A DNA stretch of 64,000 nucleotides from positions 567,200 to 631,199 of the forward strand of contig METB01000001.1 in NCBI GenBank assembly GCA_001771185.1. The letters run 5' to 3'. Every line of letters begins with the position of its first letter. Positions within the stretch are counted from its first letter, which is position 1. The notes beneath the pieces are model-generated. The model was given only the letters and a program-made list of their open reading frames with translations. It had not been told where the DNA came from and ran no database searches. Below are positions 9,488 through 18,542 of the stretch, piece after piece. Made by a program: the position numbers and the translations under genes. Source of the DNA: a candidate division Kazan bacterium RIFCSPHIGHO2_01_FULL_44_14 (GTDB taxonomy: Bacteria > Patescibacteriota > Kazan-3B-28).

Positions 9488-10630
9488 ATGAAACTTGTAT
9501 ATGTCATCTTGGGTCTTGGTTTGTTGGCTGGAGTGGGTTATGTCAGTTATAACTATGGGTCTAATCAAGGGATGACTCCAACACCGACCAATACCACAAA
9601 TACTTCAAACACGGCGACGGGTTTGAATAACTCAACGATTGATTTGAATGATTTCACTGGGAATACCACTATCCCAACCACTAATACAACCAATAATACT
9701 ACAACCAATACAACGACCATCGGAACCAAGTCGTTAGCAATTACTTCGCCGAAGAATGGGACGGTGGTGGTAGCGGATAACCCATTTAATGTGACAGGCA
9801 CGGTATCATCTAATGCCGAGAAAATTGTTGTAACGGTATATGGAACTGGGTCTTGGGATGGGTTGGATAGCCCATCGTACGAAAGGGTAGTTGATACATA
9901 TACGCTAACGAAATTCAAATTGGGTGATACGACTTGGCGGTATGGAGTGGGTGAAAAGTACGGCAATATCGAAGTGGGTGGAACGTCAAATCACAGATTT
10001 GTAATTAAAGCGTTTTATACCGATGGCACAACCAAGACAGCTGAAACCAAGGTAACTTATACTTACGAAACTGCCGAGATGGGTAAGCCGGTAATTTATC
10101 TATATCCCACCACCACTCAAGCAGTGAGTGTAAATGTAAAACCAACTTCGGGGATTTCTTACAGTGAACCAGTGATTAGTTCAGTCGGATGGCAAGTTAC
10201 GGCCAGTCCAGATGGAACTTTGGTGGATAGGGCTGGAAAAGTTTGGCCGTATTTGTTCTGGGAGGGTTTTGCGACTAATTTTGTAACGCCGAAGGAAGGG
10301 TTTGTGGTTGCAAAAAATGAAGTGTCGAAATTCTTTGATTTGCAGTTGACGCAATTGGGATTGAATCAAAAAGAAATCGCGGACTTCAAAGAATTCTGGG
10401 TACCACGGATGCAGACCAAGCCATATTATTTTGTGACATTTATTCCGCAAAATATATTTAACAGTTATGCGCCATTAACGGTAACTCCGGTGCCGGATAC
10501 GATTATTCGCGTATTCTTTGATTACAAAGGATTGGATAAACCAGTTATAGTTTCGATCCAGGTTTTACCAGCGACTCCTTCGCGGACCGGATTTACAGTG
10601 GTTGAATGGGGAGGCCGGATTTATCGGTAA
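9488..10630 (+). CDS. secreted protein with Thr/Asn-rich low-complexity linker
   Basis: N-terminal TM/signal; 70-aa T/N-rich region (TNTTNTSNTATG...); C-terminal globular domain of unknown function. Confidence 0.55.
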   Translation: MKLVYVILGLGLLAGVGYVSYNYGSNQGMTPTPTNTTNTSNTATGLNNSTIDLNDFTGNTTIPTTNTTNNTTTNTTTIGTKSLAITSPKNGTVVVADNPFNVTGTVSSNAEKIVVTVYGTGSWDGLDSPSYERVVDTYTLTKFKLGDTTWRYGVGEKYGNIEVGGTSNHRFVIKAFYTDGTTKTAETKVTYTYETAEMGKPVIYLYPTTTQAVSVNVKPTSGISYSEPVISSVGWQVTASPDGTLVDRAGKVWPYLFWEGFATNFVTPKEGFVVAKNEVSKFFDLQLTQLGLNQKEIADFKEFWVPRMQTKPYYFVTFIPQNIFNSYAPLTVTPVPDTIIRVFFDYKGLDKPVIVSIQVLPATPSRTGFTVVEWGGRIYR

Positions 10631-11510
10631 AATGATTGGATTTAAAAAAATACTACCAGACCTGGTTGTAGTGGGCCTGGTAGTGTTTGGGTTAGTAATG
10701 GTTAGTAGATTGCAATCGCCGATTCCGATTTATCCATTTGAAAAAATAAATTGGGATTGGATTTTGGGTTTGGAAGGACAGGATAAGATTGGGACCAATA
10801 CCAGGGTGGCGATTTTGCCACACGATGCACTATCACACAAAGAATTGACGATGTTCTATCGAGGTTTGGCGGTGGCAAATTCAGAGATAGAAAATGTGGT
10901 GGTGATTTCACCAAATCATTTTGAGACAGGAGCAGCAAATATTCAAACCGATACAAGGCAGTTTCAGACGGCTGATGGTGAGTTGACCCCTAGTCGCCAA
11001 TTGGTACAACAATTGCTAATTAGTGGACTTGGCAAAATTGAAAATTCGACATTCGAAAAAGAACACGGGATAACCATGCAGGCGGAATATATCAAAAGAT
11101 TTTTTCCTGAATCCAAGTTTTTGCCGATTGTATTAAAGGCAAATACGACACCAGCGGAAGTCGATGCGTTGGTTCTGTGGTTGACGAATAATTTACCAAC
11201 AGAGAATACTTTGGTGTTAGGGAGTATTGATTTTTCGCATTATTTGACTAAGACACAAGCCGATATTAATGACGCTAAGACATTGGCTCAAATTAAGACA
11301 ATGGAGTTAGATGAATTGCCGGCTAGCGATGTTGAGTGTGAATTCTTGGATTCACCGGCAACTTTGAGAGCGGTGATTGGATATGTTGGGGTGGTTGGCG
11401 GGAAGGTGCTTTCGGTGGTTAGACATGACAACACGGCTGAGATTCGGAATCAGCCAAGATTGACTTCGACGACCAGTCATTTCTACATCACCTTTGGCGG
11501 GGTGTTGTAA
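10602..11510 (+). CDS. membrane-anchored MEMO1-family-like protein (AmmeMemoRadiSam system protein B-like)
   Basis: N-terminal TM helix; motifs AILPHDALSH and VLGSIDFSHY resemble the MEMO/extradiol-dioxygenase-like PHAG... and SsDlSHy motifs. Confidence 0.4.
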   Translation: MNGEAGFIGKMIGFKKILPDLVVVGLVVFGLVMVSRLQSPIPIYPFEKINWDWILGLEGQDKIGTNTRVAILPHDALSHKELTMFYRGLAVANSEIENVVVISPNHFETGAANIQTDTRQFQTADGELTPSRQLVQQLLISGLGKIENSTFEKEHGITMQAEYIKRFFPESKFLPIVLKANTTPAEVDALVLWLTNNLPTENTLVLGSIDFSHYLTKTQADINDAKTLAQIKTMELDELPASDVECEFLDSPATLRAVIGYVGVVGGKVLSVVRHDNTAEIRNQPRLTSTTSHFYITFGGVL

Positions 11511-11788
11511 TGAACTGTCATCCTGAGCCTGCCTGCCGGTAGGCGGGTACAGCGAAGGATCTAGCGGAGCGGTCGCCACGGCGACCTAGATTCTTCACTA
11601 CGTTCAGAATGACAGGTGGGAAGGGGAAGTGGCAGGGTGACAGAGAAGATGGATTCCGGCTCGTAGGCCGGAATGACGAATAAGGAGGACCCAGGATGAC
11701 AGAGGGGGAATAGTAGTCCTTCGGTTCCTCGGGATAACAAGGGGGATTGAGGTATAATAGGCGAGTATAAGAGTTAACACATCCCGAT

Positions 11789-12385
11789 ATGAATTTAATT
11801 CCAATGGTGATTGATAAGTCACCGATGGGGGAGCGAGCGTATGACATTTATTCTCGTTTGTTAAAGGACAGAATTATTTTTATTGGTGGGCCAATTGATG
11901 ACCAGATGGCCAATTCAGTAATTGCTCAATTATTGTTTTTGGAAAGTGAAGATCCAAAGAAAGATATTTCGCTGTACATCAACAGTCCTGGAGGTTCGGT
12001 GAGCGATGGGATGGCGATTTATGACACAATGCAACATGTGAAACCGGACATCAACACGATTTGTGTCGGGATGGCGGCTTCGATGGGCGCAGTTCTACTT
12101 TCTGGCGGAGCAAAAGGAAAACGATTTGCGTTGCCGAATTCACGGGTGATGATTCATCAGGTCTTAGGCGGAGCGCAAGGACAAGCCAGTGATATTGAAA
12201 TTCACGCTAAAGAAATTCTGAAATGGAAGAGTAAACTGAATGAATTGCTGGCGCATCATAGCGGACAGAAACTGGAAAAGATTGAGAAAGACACCGATCG
12301 AGATTTCTTTATGGAAGCACCAGAGGCCAAGGACTACGGAATTATTGACCAGGTGATTACGAATAAGACATTGGTGGCTAAATAA
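11789..12385 (+). CDS. clpP: ATP-dependent Clp protease proteolytic subunit
   Basis: 198 aa; motifs [45 protein letters not shown] (active-site Ser) and MIHQ (His). Confidence 0.9.
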   Translation: MNLIPMVIDKSPMGERAYDIYSRLLKDRIIFIGGPIDDQMANSVIAQLLFLESEDPKKDISLYINSPGGSVSDGMAIYDTMQHVKPDINTICVGMAASMGAVLLSGGAKGKRFALPNSRVMIHQVLGGAQGQASDIEIHAKEILKWKSKLNELLAHHSGQKLEKIEKDTDRDFFMEAPEAKDYGIIDQVITNKTLVAK

Positions 12386-12827
12386 ATCTAACCAATTTTC
12401 CCAATTTTCTGTCATCCCGAGCGAAGTCGACCAATCTCACCAATAGGGCAGAAGCAGAGAGGTTTTGGTTGTTTTCTGGATTCCGGCTCGTAGGCCGGAA
12501 TGACGAGGAAGCAGGATTGGGGGGAGGAATTATTGTTCTAGGACTGGCTATTGACCCGAATTCGGGAGTATTGTAAATTAAGCGCGTCTGCTGTCGCTTA
12601 ATGTTTAGTATTGATGAACACGTGCTCAAGGCGATGGCAGATGTTCTTTTTTACTTTTAACCAGGATTTGGGAGGCGCCATGAAAAAAGTTTTGAAGCTC
12701 CCGTTGGTGAGCGGTCCCTTCTTTGTCTGACGGAAGGTGAGTCGCTAAATGCAGTCAGTCATTGTTGGTTTCTCCTAATAGCATGACCATTGATTTTTAG
12801 TCATAACGCATCCTGGTTTTAATCCGC

Positions 12828-12862
12828 CCCGCTATCTTTTTGGTAGTGGGGCGTTTTTTTGT
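12828..12862 (+). terminator. intrinsic terminator
   Basis: ccgccccgcta...tagtggggcg hairpin followed by TTTTTTT. Confidence 0.5.
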
Positions 12863-12943
12863 TTATTTTTCCAAGGGTCTACGCCACCCTTGATGGGTGT
12901 TTTTGCCACCCCATTTGCTTGTCCAAATGGGGTGGCGCCCCAA

Positions 12944-13182
12944 AAGACACCCCACTCCCAAATTCAGTTTCCAATAACCTAAAATTACCCTTTCTAGTCT
13001 CCTTGCCCGCATTGCTACGCAAAGCGTTGCGGGCGGGTAACGCAAACTCTCCCGGTGAACCGGGATCAAACATGCTGGACCAAGCAGGTGATTTTACGAT
13101 TGGATCCGCCTGCTGGCGGACTGAATTTGCTCGATGGGTCCTAACAGAATTGATACCCCGAGGGACCGAGGGGATACCTTAA
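12944..13182 (+). repeat. ~240-bp structured dispersed repeat, copy 1 (upstream of holB)
   Basis: Near-identical to 14386-14628 and partially to 59376-59545; contains a conserved GCCCGC...GCGGGC stem and a variable-sequence hairpin with compensatory changes. Confidence 0.75.
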
Positions 13183-13302
13183 TTTTTTCTACTGGGGTGG
13201 AGGTGAGAGTAGCGAGCTTGCCCTTTAGGGCGGGCTTTTGCCCGTGAGCATCGAGAGAGGAACCCACCTCGTTCCTTTCTCGAGACCTGTTAGAATGGGG
13301 AT

Positions 13303-14202
13303 ATGGAGAAAATCGCGGATATTTTTGATGGGTTAACTGGCCAACCTCGGGCGAGGGAGGTTTTGGGTGTGGCTTACGCTAATGGGAAATTACCACAGAC
13401 CATGATTTTTGTGGGGCCCAAAGGAACTGGGAGGAAGACGGTGGCGATGATGTTGGCGAGAGCGTTACATGGGCAGGGACAAGGTAGTCCCTCCGTTCGT
13501 CGGGATAACAAAGAGTTGAGACATCCGGATACCTTTATTTTTTCGGAAGTATTGGCGGAATTGCGGGCCCAAGAACAAAGTAGTCCGATAAAGCGTACCA
13601 CCGATGCAGTAATGAAGTTTTTAAGCATGTCGCCGATTGCATCAAAGATTAAAGTGGCGATTATTGATGAAGCGGATAGTTTGAGTGAAGAATCCCAAAA
13701 CGCATTACTAAAGACACTAGAAGAACCGTTAGCGGATAGTGTATTGATATTAATCAGCGAAGATGAAAAACGATTGTTACCGACAATTGTGTCGCGGTCA
13801 GTGGTGGTGCGATTTGGACCATTAAACGATGCAGATATTAAAACGGTGCTTCCTGGAATATCTGATGAAATTTTAAAGATAGTTCAAGGAAGTTTGGGTT
13901 TGGCTAAAGAATTGTTGGTCGACTTGGAAAAGTTGGATGAAATGCAGAAGATGTGTCAGTTTTGGCTAACTTTAAATAAACAATCGACAGAAGACAAATT
14001 AAAATGGACAGAAATGATGCGGGAGCGTGAATCGGCGGTGAAGTTTTTGGAAACCGGGTTAAGGGTGATTCGGAGCGAATGGCTAACTCAACCGACCGAA
14101 GCCGGGGATAGGGTACTGCGACAAATTCGAACCGCGATTTTGCAGGTGAAAGATAATGTGAACCCCCGGGTGGCGATGGAAGCGATGTTACTTGCTCTGT
14201 AA
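13303..14202 (+). CDS. holB: DNA polymerase III delta-prime subunit
   Basis: 299 aa; AAA+ Walker A GPKGTGRKT; clamp-loader SRC-type motif IIDEADSLSEESQNALLKTLEEP; carries an in-frame repeat-derived insertion (see findings). Confidence 0.75.
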   Translation: MEKIADIFDGLTGQPRAREVLGVAYANGKLPQTMIFVGPKGTGRKTVAMMLARALHGQGQGSPSVRRDNKELRHPDTFIFSEVLAELRAQEQSSPIKRTTDAVMKFLSMSPIASKIKVAIIDEADSLSEESQNALLKTLEEPLADSVLILISEDEKRLLPTIVSRSVVVRFGPLNDADIKTVLPGISDEILKIVQGSLGLAKELLVDLEKLDEMQKMCQFWLTLNKQSTEDKLKWTEMMRERESAVKFLETGLRVIRSEWLTQPTEAGDRVLRQIRTAILQVKDNVNPRVAMEAMLLAL

Positions 14203-14385
14203 TTTTCCCCAAGCGCTGGCTGGCGCTTGACCCAGTATTACCTTCCTCTTGTATTCTTGTCATCCTGAACTTGGTTCAGGATCTATTTTGTTTATGTTTT
14301 CGAGCGTAGAATGACGCTCGATCCATTGGCACTTTTTGCTTGCCTGCCTGCCGGTAGGTAGGTCCAAAAAGTGCCACAAAAAGAC

Positions 14386-14628
14386 ACCCCACTCACAAAT
14401 TCAGTTTCCAATAACTTAAAATCACCCTTTCTGGTCTCCTTGCCAGCATTGCTACGCAAAGCGTTGCGGGCGGGTAACGCAAACTTTCCCGCCGTTTTCA
14501 AAGAAAACGGTTCCCATTTTGCAAAGCAAAAATGGCGGGGTCAAACATGCTGGACCAAGCAGGTGATTTTACGATTGGATCCGCCTACTGGCGGACTGAA
14601 TTTGCTCGATGGGTCCTACTGAATCACT
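14386..14628 (+). repeat. ~240-bp structured dispersed repeat, copy 2 (downstream of holB, direct orientation)
   Basis: Approximately 85-90% identical to copy 1 with an indel in the variable hairpin. Confidence 0.75.
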
Positions 14629-14731
14629 AGGTTACTAAACCACTGTTCTGCTCCATGGGGTAAGGGAGACACAACCTGGACTGGAACACCTTTTCTGATA
14701 TACTGGGCTGGTTAAAGGAGAGGGCTTTTTT

Positions 14732-15304
14732 ATGTGGGAAGTAATCATTTTTATCGCTACGACCGCGTTCCTGATTATGGTCTTACGCAAACTCCCGGTA
14801 GACGCGGAGACCACTTTCAAGGAGACCGGGAAGAAAGCCGAGACCAAGGAGAAAAGTTTGCGAGTGGAGGCCGACGAATACTTTGAGCAAGGCGAGTCAA
14901 AGAAGGCAGAAGTGGCCTATCTGAAGTTGCTTTCAAAGGAGCCAAATGACGCTTCGTTGTTTAATAAGTTAGGGCTGATTTATTTAGAGAGTAAAAATTA
15001 TAAAGATGCCAAAGCGGCATTGTTGGCAGCGTTAAAAATTGAGCCAGAAAACGATACTTTCTACAATAATTTAGGTTTGTTGTATTACGAGATGGAAGAT
15101 TACGACTTGGCGATTGAAGCGTATGAAAAATCGGTAGCGATTAATGATAAGATTGCTTCGCGGTTGGTAAATTTGGGTCTGGCTTATTTTATGAATAAAA
15201 AGTATCGTAGAGCGGCTGACCAATACGAAAAAGCAATTATTCTTGATCCGAGAAACGAAAATTACATTGAACTTTTAAAGAAAGCAGAAGAGAAGCTTAA
15301 ATAG
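14732..15304 (+). CDS. TPR-repeat protein with N-terminal TM helix
   Basis: 190 aa; several 34-aa TPR-like units (KAEVAYLKLL..., ALLAALKIEPEN..., AIEAYEKSVAIN...). Confidence 0.6.
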   Translation: MWEVIIFIATTAFLIMVLRKLPVDAETTFKETGKKAETKEKSLRVEADEYFEQGESKKAEVAYLKLLSKEPNDASLFNKLGLIYLESKNYKDAKAALLAALKIEPENDTFYNNLGLLYYEMEDYDLAIEAYEKSVAINDKIASRLVNLGLAYFMNKKYRRAADQYEKAIILDPRNENYIELLKKAEEKLK

Positions 15305-15378
15305 TGTCAGGTGTTTAGTGTTAAGTGTCAGGATTTTTATTGCCAGATACTTGATACCGGATACATGATACTGAATAG

Positions 15379-15650
15379 GCCGACGTAGCTCAGCTGGTAG
15401 AGCAACCCCATGGTAAACAACAAATTGCCCGCTGTTAGAGAAATCTTATAGCGTATCTCGAATAACGGTTAAAGGTCCAAATATCGGGTTCAGACCGTGG
15501 CGAATAATCGCCCGAACGACTGACAAGAGGGACTAAGTCCTGCAAAGGATATGTCTGATATACAGTCTAATCTCCGTATAGATATGGGTAGTAAAAACGG
15601 AGTATCAATGAAGGGGTAGGTCGGCGGTTCAAATCCGCCCGTCGGCTCCA
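15379..15650 (+). tRNA. tRNA-Thr(GGU) interrupted by a ~196-nt insertion in the anticodon loop (candidate group I intron at ~15415-15610)
   Basis: Exon 1: GCCGACG-UA-GCUCAGCUGGUAGAGC-A-ACCCC-AUGGU. Exon 2: AA-GGGGU-AGGUC-GGCGGUUCAAAUCCGCC-CGUCGGC-U-CCA. The spliced cloverleaf is canonical with anticodon GGU. The insertion follows a U and ends in G (group I compatible) and contains a GGGACUAAGUCC P7-like segment. Confidence 0.65.
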
Positions 15651-15685
15651 CACAAAATTAACAACCTATATGTCTGGTAATATTT

Positions 15686-15772
15686 GCCGAGGTACCGAAG
15701 CGGTCAAACGGGACTGACTGTAAATCAGTTGGCTTTACGCCTTCCTAGGTTCGAATCCTAGCCTCGGCACCA
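15686..15772 (+). tRNA. tRNA-Tyr(GUA)
   Basis: Acceptor GCCGAGG/CCUCGGC; anticodon arm ACUGA-CUGUAAA-UCAGU; long variable arm; T-arm CUAGG-UUCGAAU-CCUAG; encoded CCA. Confidence 0.8.
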
Positions 15773-15947
15773 GAAGCCACCATCCAACTTGCTTGGATTG
15801 TAGCTTCTGTGACAGGTTGTGGAGTTGAAATATGTTCTGCATAAGGTTCGCTCGCGATGCTGCTTATATAAATTTGTTGTCTTCCTTGTTGCAGCGAGTG
15901 CAGGGCCCCCGCAGCCAGCGGGGAAATCATCCTAGCCTCGGTTTTAT

Positions 15948-16023
15948 GCCGCCTTAGCTCAGCTGGTAGAGCAATCGCTTTGTAAGCGAAAGGTCGTCGG
16001 TCCGAATCCGACAGGCGGCTCCA
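15948..16023 (+). tRNA. tRNA-Thr(UGU)
   Basis: Acceptor GCCGCCU/AGGCGGC; D-arm GCUCAGCUGGUAGAGC; anticodon loop UUUGUAA; T-arm GUCGG-UCCGAAU-CCGAC; encoded CCA. Confidence 0.8.
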
Positions 16024-16084
16024 GATGGGATACAATAGATGTGCACTATTTGCTATATCCGCTAAATTTTTAGGGAGTATATAT

Positions 16085-16963
16085 ATGAGAGATAAATTAG
16101 TGATGGGTGCATTATTGCTAACCCTAGTGACTATGACCAGTACGGCGGTGGCGGCACCGAGCGGGTCTTTTGGATGGCTAGGCCAGCTGGGCTCGCACAG
16201 AACTTTGGTCTTACCAGCCACGGCTGACCATTCGCCGGTTATCACGCTGGGGACGGCTGTCGATCTGACTACCGGTCAGACAGTAGATGGATATGCGATT
16301 GTTCACTACGCCAAAGGGGGCAACGGTGGCGGGAAACCCGGTAGTGGTGGTGGTTATGCGCTGATGGGGGCCAAATGGAAAACTGTAGAACCATGGTTGT
16401 TAAATCCCGTGAACACTGGTGGCTTGCCCTATGATCCACCGGGCGGATTTGGGAACAATAACTCTACTCCAGGTAGTAGCTTTGCTTTCTGGAACACATC
16501 CTATGACATCGACAAATGGGAAGATGCGGCCGATGGGGTAATGGGCAACGGTAGCGGCACTGATATTTTAGGCGACGGTACGGAAACATTTTCAACTCTG
16601 ACGGCCGATCTAGTTGCGCCCGATGGATTAAACGAGGTGTATTTTGCCGATGTATCGGAATCCGGGGCCATCGCTGTGACTATCGTGTGGGGAATTTTCA
16701 GCGGACCGCCGCAAAACCGCCAACTAGTAGAGTGGGATCAGGTCTATGACGACGTTGATTACGATTGGTCTACCTTCGGCGAAGCCAGCAAGATGGATTT
16801 TGAGAATATCGCTACGCACGAACTGGGCCACAGCGTCGGGTTGGCGGACCTGTATAGCCCAGCTGATTTAGAGCAGACGATGTACGGTTATGCCGATTTC
16901 GGAGAGACCAAAAAACAAACCCTAGAGTCAGGTGATATTGCCGGGACGGATAAGTTGTATTAG
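16085..16963 (+). CDS. secreted zinc metalloprotease, metzincin-like
   Basis: Signal peptide after MRDKLVMGALLLTLV...AVAAPSG; zinc motif HELGHSVGLAD and a downstream Met-turn (QTMYGY); the ORF-track start at 16025 overlaps the tRNA, so the start was taken at the ATG with a GGGAG RBS. Confidence 0.65.
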   Translation: MRDKLVMGALLLTLVTMTSTAVAAPSGSFGWLGQLGSHRTLVLPATADHSPVITLGTAVDLTTGQTVDGYAIVHYAKGGNGGGKPGSGGGYALMGAKWKTVEPWLLNPVNTGGLPYDPPGGFGNNNSTPGSSFAFWNTSYDIDKWEDAADGVMGNGSGTDILGDGTETFSTLTADLVAPDGLNEVYFADVSESGAIAVTIVWGIFSGPPQNRQLVEWDQVYDDVDYDWSTFGEASKMDFENIATHELGHSVGLADLYSPADLEQTMYGYADFGETKKQTLESGDIAGTDKLY

Positions 16964-16978
16964 ATGGCATTTAGTTCA

Positions 16979-17008
16979 AAAACCGCCCCCTTGTCGGGGC
17001 GGTTTTTT
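16979..17008 (+). terminator. intrinsic terminator
   Basis: aaaaccgcccc-ttgtc-ggggcggtttttt. Confidence 0.6.
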
Positions 17009-17053
17009 CGGGTGACTTGACAGGAGAGGAGGGATATTTAATAATCTCCAAGT

Positions 17054-17476
17054 ATGGCAAAGAAGGTAAAAGCAGTTGTAAAAATCCAATGTGATGCGGG
17101 GAAGGCCAATCCAGCCCCTCCAGTTGGTACAGCATTAGGTCCTCACGGGATTGCGATTATGGATTTCTGCAACCAATATAACGAACAGACCCGTTCATTG
17201 ATGGGGCAAGTGATTCCAGCCGTAATCACTATCTATGAGGATAGGACTTTTGATTTTATTTTAAAGCAGGCACCAGCATCTGAATTGATAAAAAAAGCAA
17301 TTGGTTTAGATAAGGGCTCGGGGGTTCCTAATAAGCAAAAAGTTGGCAAAATAACGCGAGCCCAGTTAAGGACGATTGCCGAACAGAAGATGCCTGATTT
17401 GAATGCTTTAGACATCGATGCGGCAATGAAGATTTTGGCTGGAACCGCAAAGCAGATGGGAGTGGAGATAGAGTAA
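17054..17476 (+). CDS. rplK: 50S ribosomal protein L11
   Basis: 140 aa; canonical L11 N-terminus [33 protein letters not shown]. Confidence 0.9.
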   Translation: MAKKVKAVVKIQCDAGKANPAPPVGTALGPHGIAIMDFCNQYNEQTRSLMGQVIPAVITIYEDRTFDFILKQAPASELIKKAIGLDKGSGVPNKQKVGKITRAQLRTIAEQKMPDLNALDIDAAMKILAGTAKQMGVEIE

Positions 17477-17614
17477 TTTTTGTTTCTCCGACGAACGGAG
17501 GAGATACCATAAGGTAACCCCTCGGTGAACTCGGGGCAACAATTAATAAATTGTTGTTTATATTCCTAAGAGGCGGGAGCCGAAAGGCGTTTGCACCGCG
17601 TAAAGGAGAAGAAG

Positions 17615-18481
17615 ATGGCGAACGAAGTGAAGTCCACCGAAGCTAAAGCGAAGGTGGATAGAAAATCTAAAAAGGTGGTAAAGAAGTCTGACAAAGGAGG
17701 TAAATCCTCCTTCGCCCCCGACTTCGCTAAAGCTACGACGGGCAAGAAGGCTACGGAGGACATCGGAGCCAAGAAGAAGGTGGCTCCTCGTAAGTTTGGA
17801 CACGGCAAGAAATATCTGGCCGTTTTACCAAAGGTAGATAAGAATAAGTTCTATCCGGCGATTGAAGCGATTCAGTTAGTCAAAGAGACATCGCCAGTTA
17901 AATTTGATGCGACAGTAGAATTACACATGCAGATGGGGTTGGATCCAAAAAAATCCGAACAGAATATTCGGAGTACGGTTACGCTCCCTGCTGGTACTGG
18001 AAAGACCTTAAAGATTTTAGTGTTGGCAGAAGCGGGTGACGCAGAAAAAGCCAAGAAAGCTGGAGCCGATTTTGCTGGGCTAGAAGATATGATTGAGAAA
18101 ATTAGCAAGGGTTGGCTGGGGTTTGATGTGGTGATTGCTACGCCAGCCGTTATGCCGCAAATTGGGAAACTGGGACAGACCTTAGGAACTAAGGGGTTAA
18201 TGCCAAATCCTAAAGCCGGAACAGTGACGACGGATGTGGCCAAGGCAGTTGAAGAATTTAAAAAAGGTAAAGTTGAATTCCGGTTAGACAAAGATGCGAT
18301 TATTCACATGGGAATTGGGAAGGTATCGTTTACAGCTGAAAATTTATTGGCGAATTTGAACATAATTCTTGGTGCGGTGCGGGCGGCTAAACCGGGAAGT
18401 TCCAAGGGCACTTACATTAAGAGATTGTCACTCGCCAGTACGATGGGGCCCGGAGTAAAAATCGACCCAGGGTCGATTTAA
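17615..18481 (+). CDS. rplA: 50S ribosomal protein L1 with a ~65-aa Lys-rich N-terminal extension
   Basis: Conserved L1 core from KKYLAVLPKVD...TVELHMQMGLDPKKSEQNIRSTVTLPAGTGK; start taken at the ATG preceded by AAGGAG (the ORF track extends to 17591). Confidence 0.85.
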   Translation: MANEVKSTEAKAKVDRKSKKVVKKSDKGGKSSFAPDFAKATTGKKATEDIGAKKKVAPRKFGHGKKYLAVLPKVDKNKFYPAIEAIQLVKETSPVKFDATVELHMQMGLDPKKSEQNIRSTVTLPAGTGKTLKILVLAEAGDAEKAKKAGADFAGLEDMIEKISKGWLGFDVVIATPAVMPQIGKLGQTLGTKGLMPNPKAGTVTTDVAKAVEEFKKGKVEFRLDKDAIIHMGIGKVSFTAENLLANLNIILGAVRAAKPGSSKGTYIKRLSLASTMGPGVKIDPGSI

Positions 18482-18542
18482 TCTAACCAATCAAGACAAT
18501 CTGACCAATCTATACAATCAAGATAATCTAATCGATGTAAAA

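Noticed and set aside
9565-9966. 133-aa minus-strand ORF antisense to the Thr/Asn-rich secreted protein gene
   Set aside because: It is a low-complexity (V/L-rich) translation of the complement of a T/N-rich coding repeat, a typical shadow ORF.
12600-12862. Possible SRP RNA, RNase P RNA, tmRNA or 6S RNA between clpP and holB (a terminator-bounded non-coding stretch)
   Set aside because: None of the conserved signature sequences of these RNAs (SRP domain IV GGAA/AGCAG motif, RNase P GGAAAGUCCGGGCU, tmRNA tag reading frame) could be recognised. It is left as an unassigned transcribed non-coding region.
12859-13182. ORFs inside the 240-bp repeats (12859-13182, 14371-14622, 59348-59569) with similar peptides (SPFLVSLPALLRKALRAGNAN)
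   Set aside because: Peptide similarity follows from nucleotide identity of the repeat copies. Hairpin-rich structure, variable indels and the lack of RBS or start-site conservation argue for non-coding repeat elements.
15745-16245. 166-aa minus-strand ORF
   Set aside because: It overlaps tRNA-Tyr, tRNA-Thr(UGU) and the start of the metalloprotease gene. It is non-coding antisense.
17872-18291. 139-aa minus-strand ORF antisense to rplA
   Set aside because: It lies entirely inside the conserved L1 coding region and is spurious.
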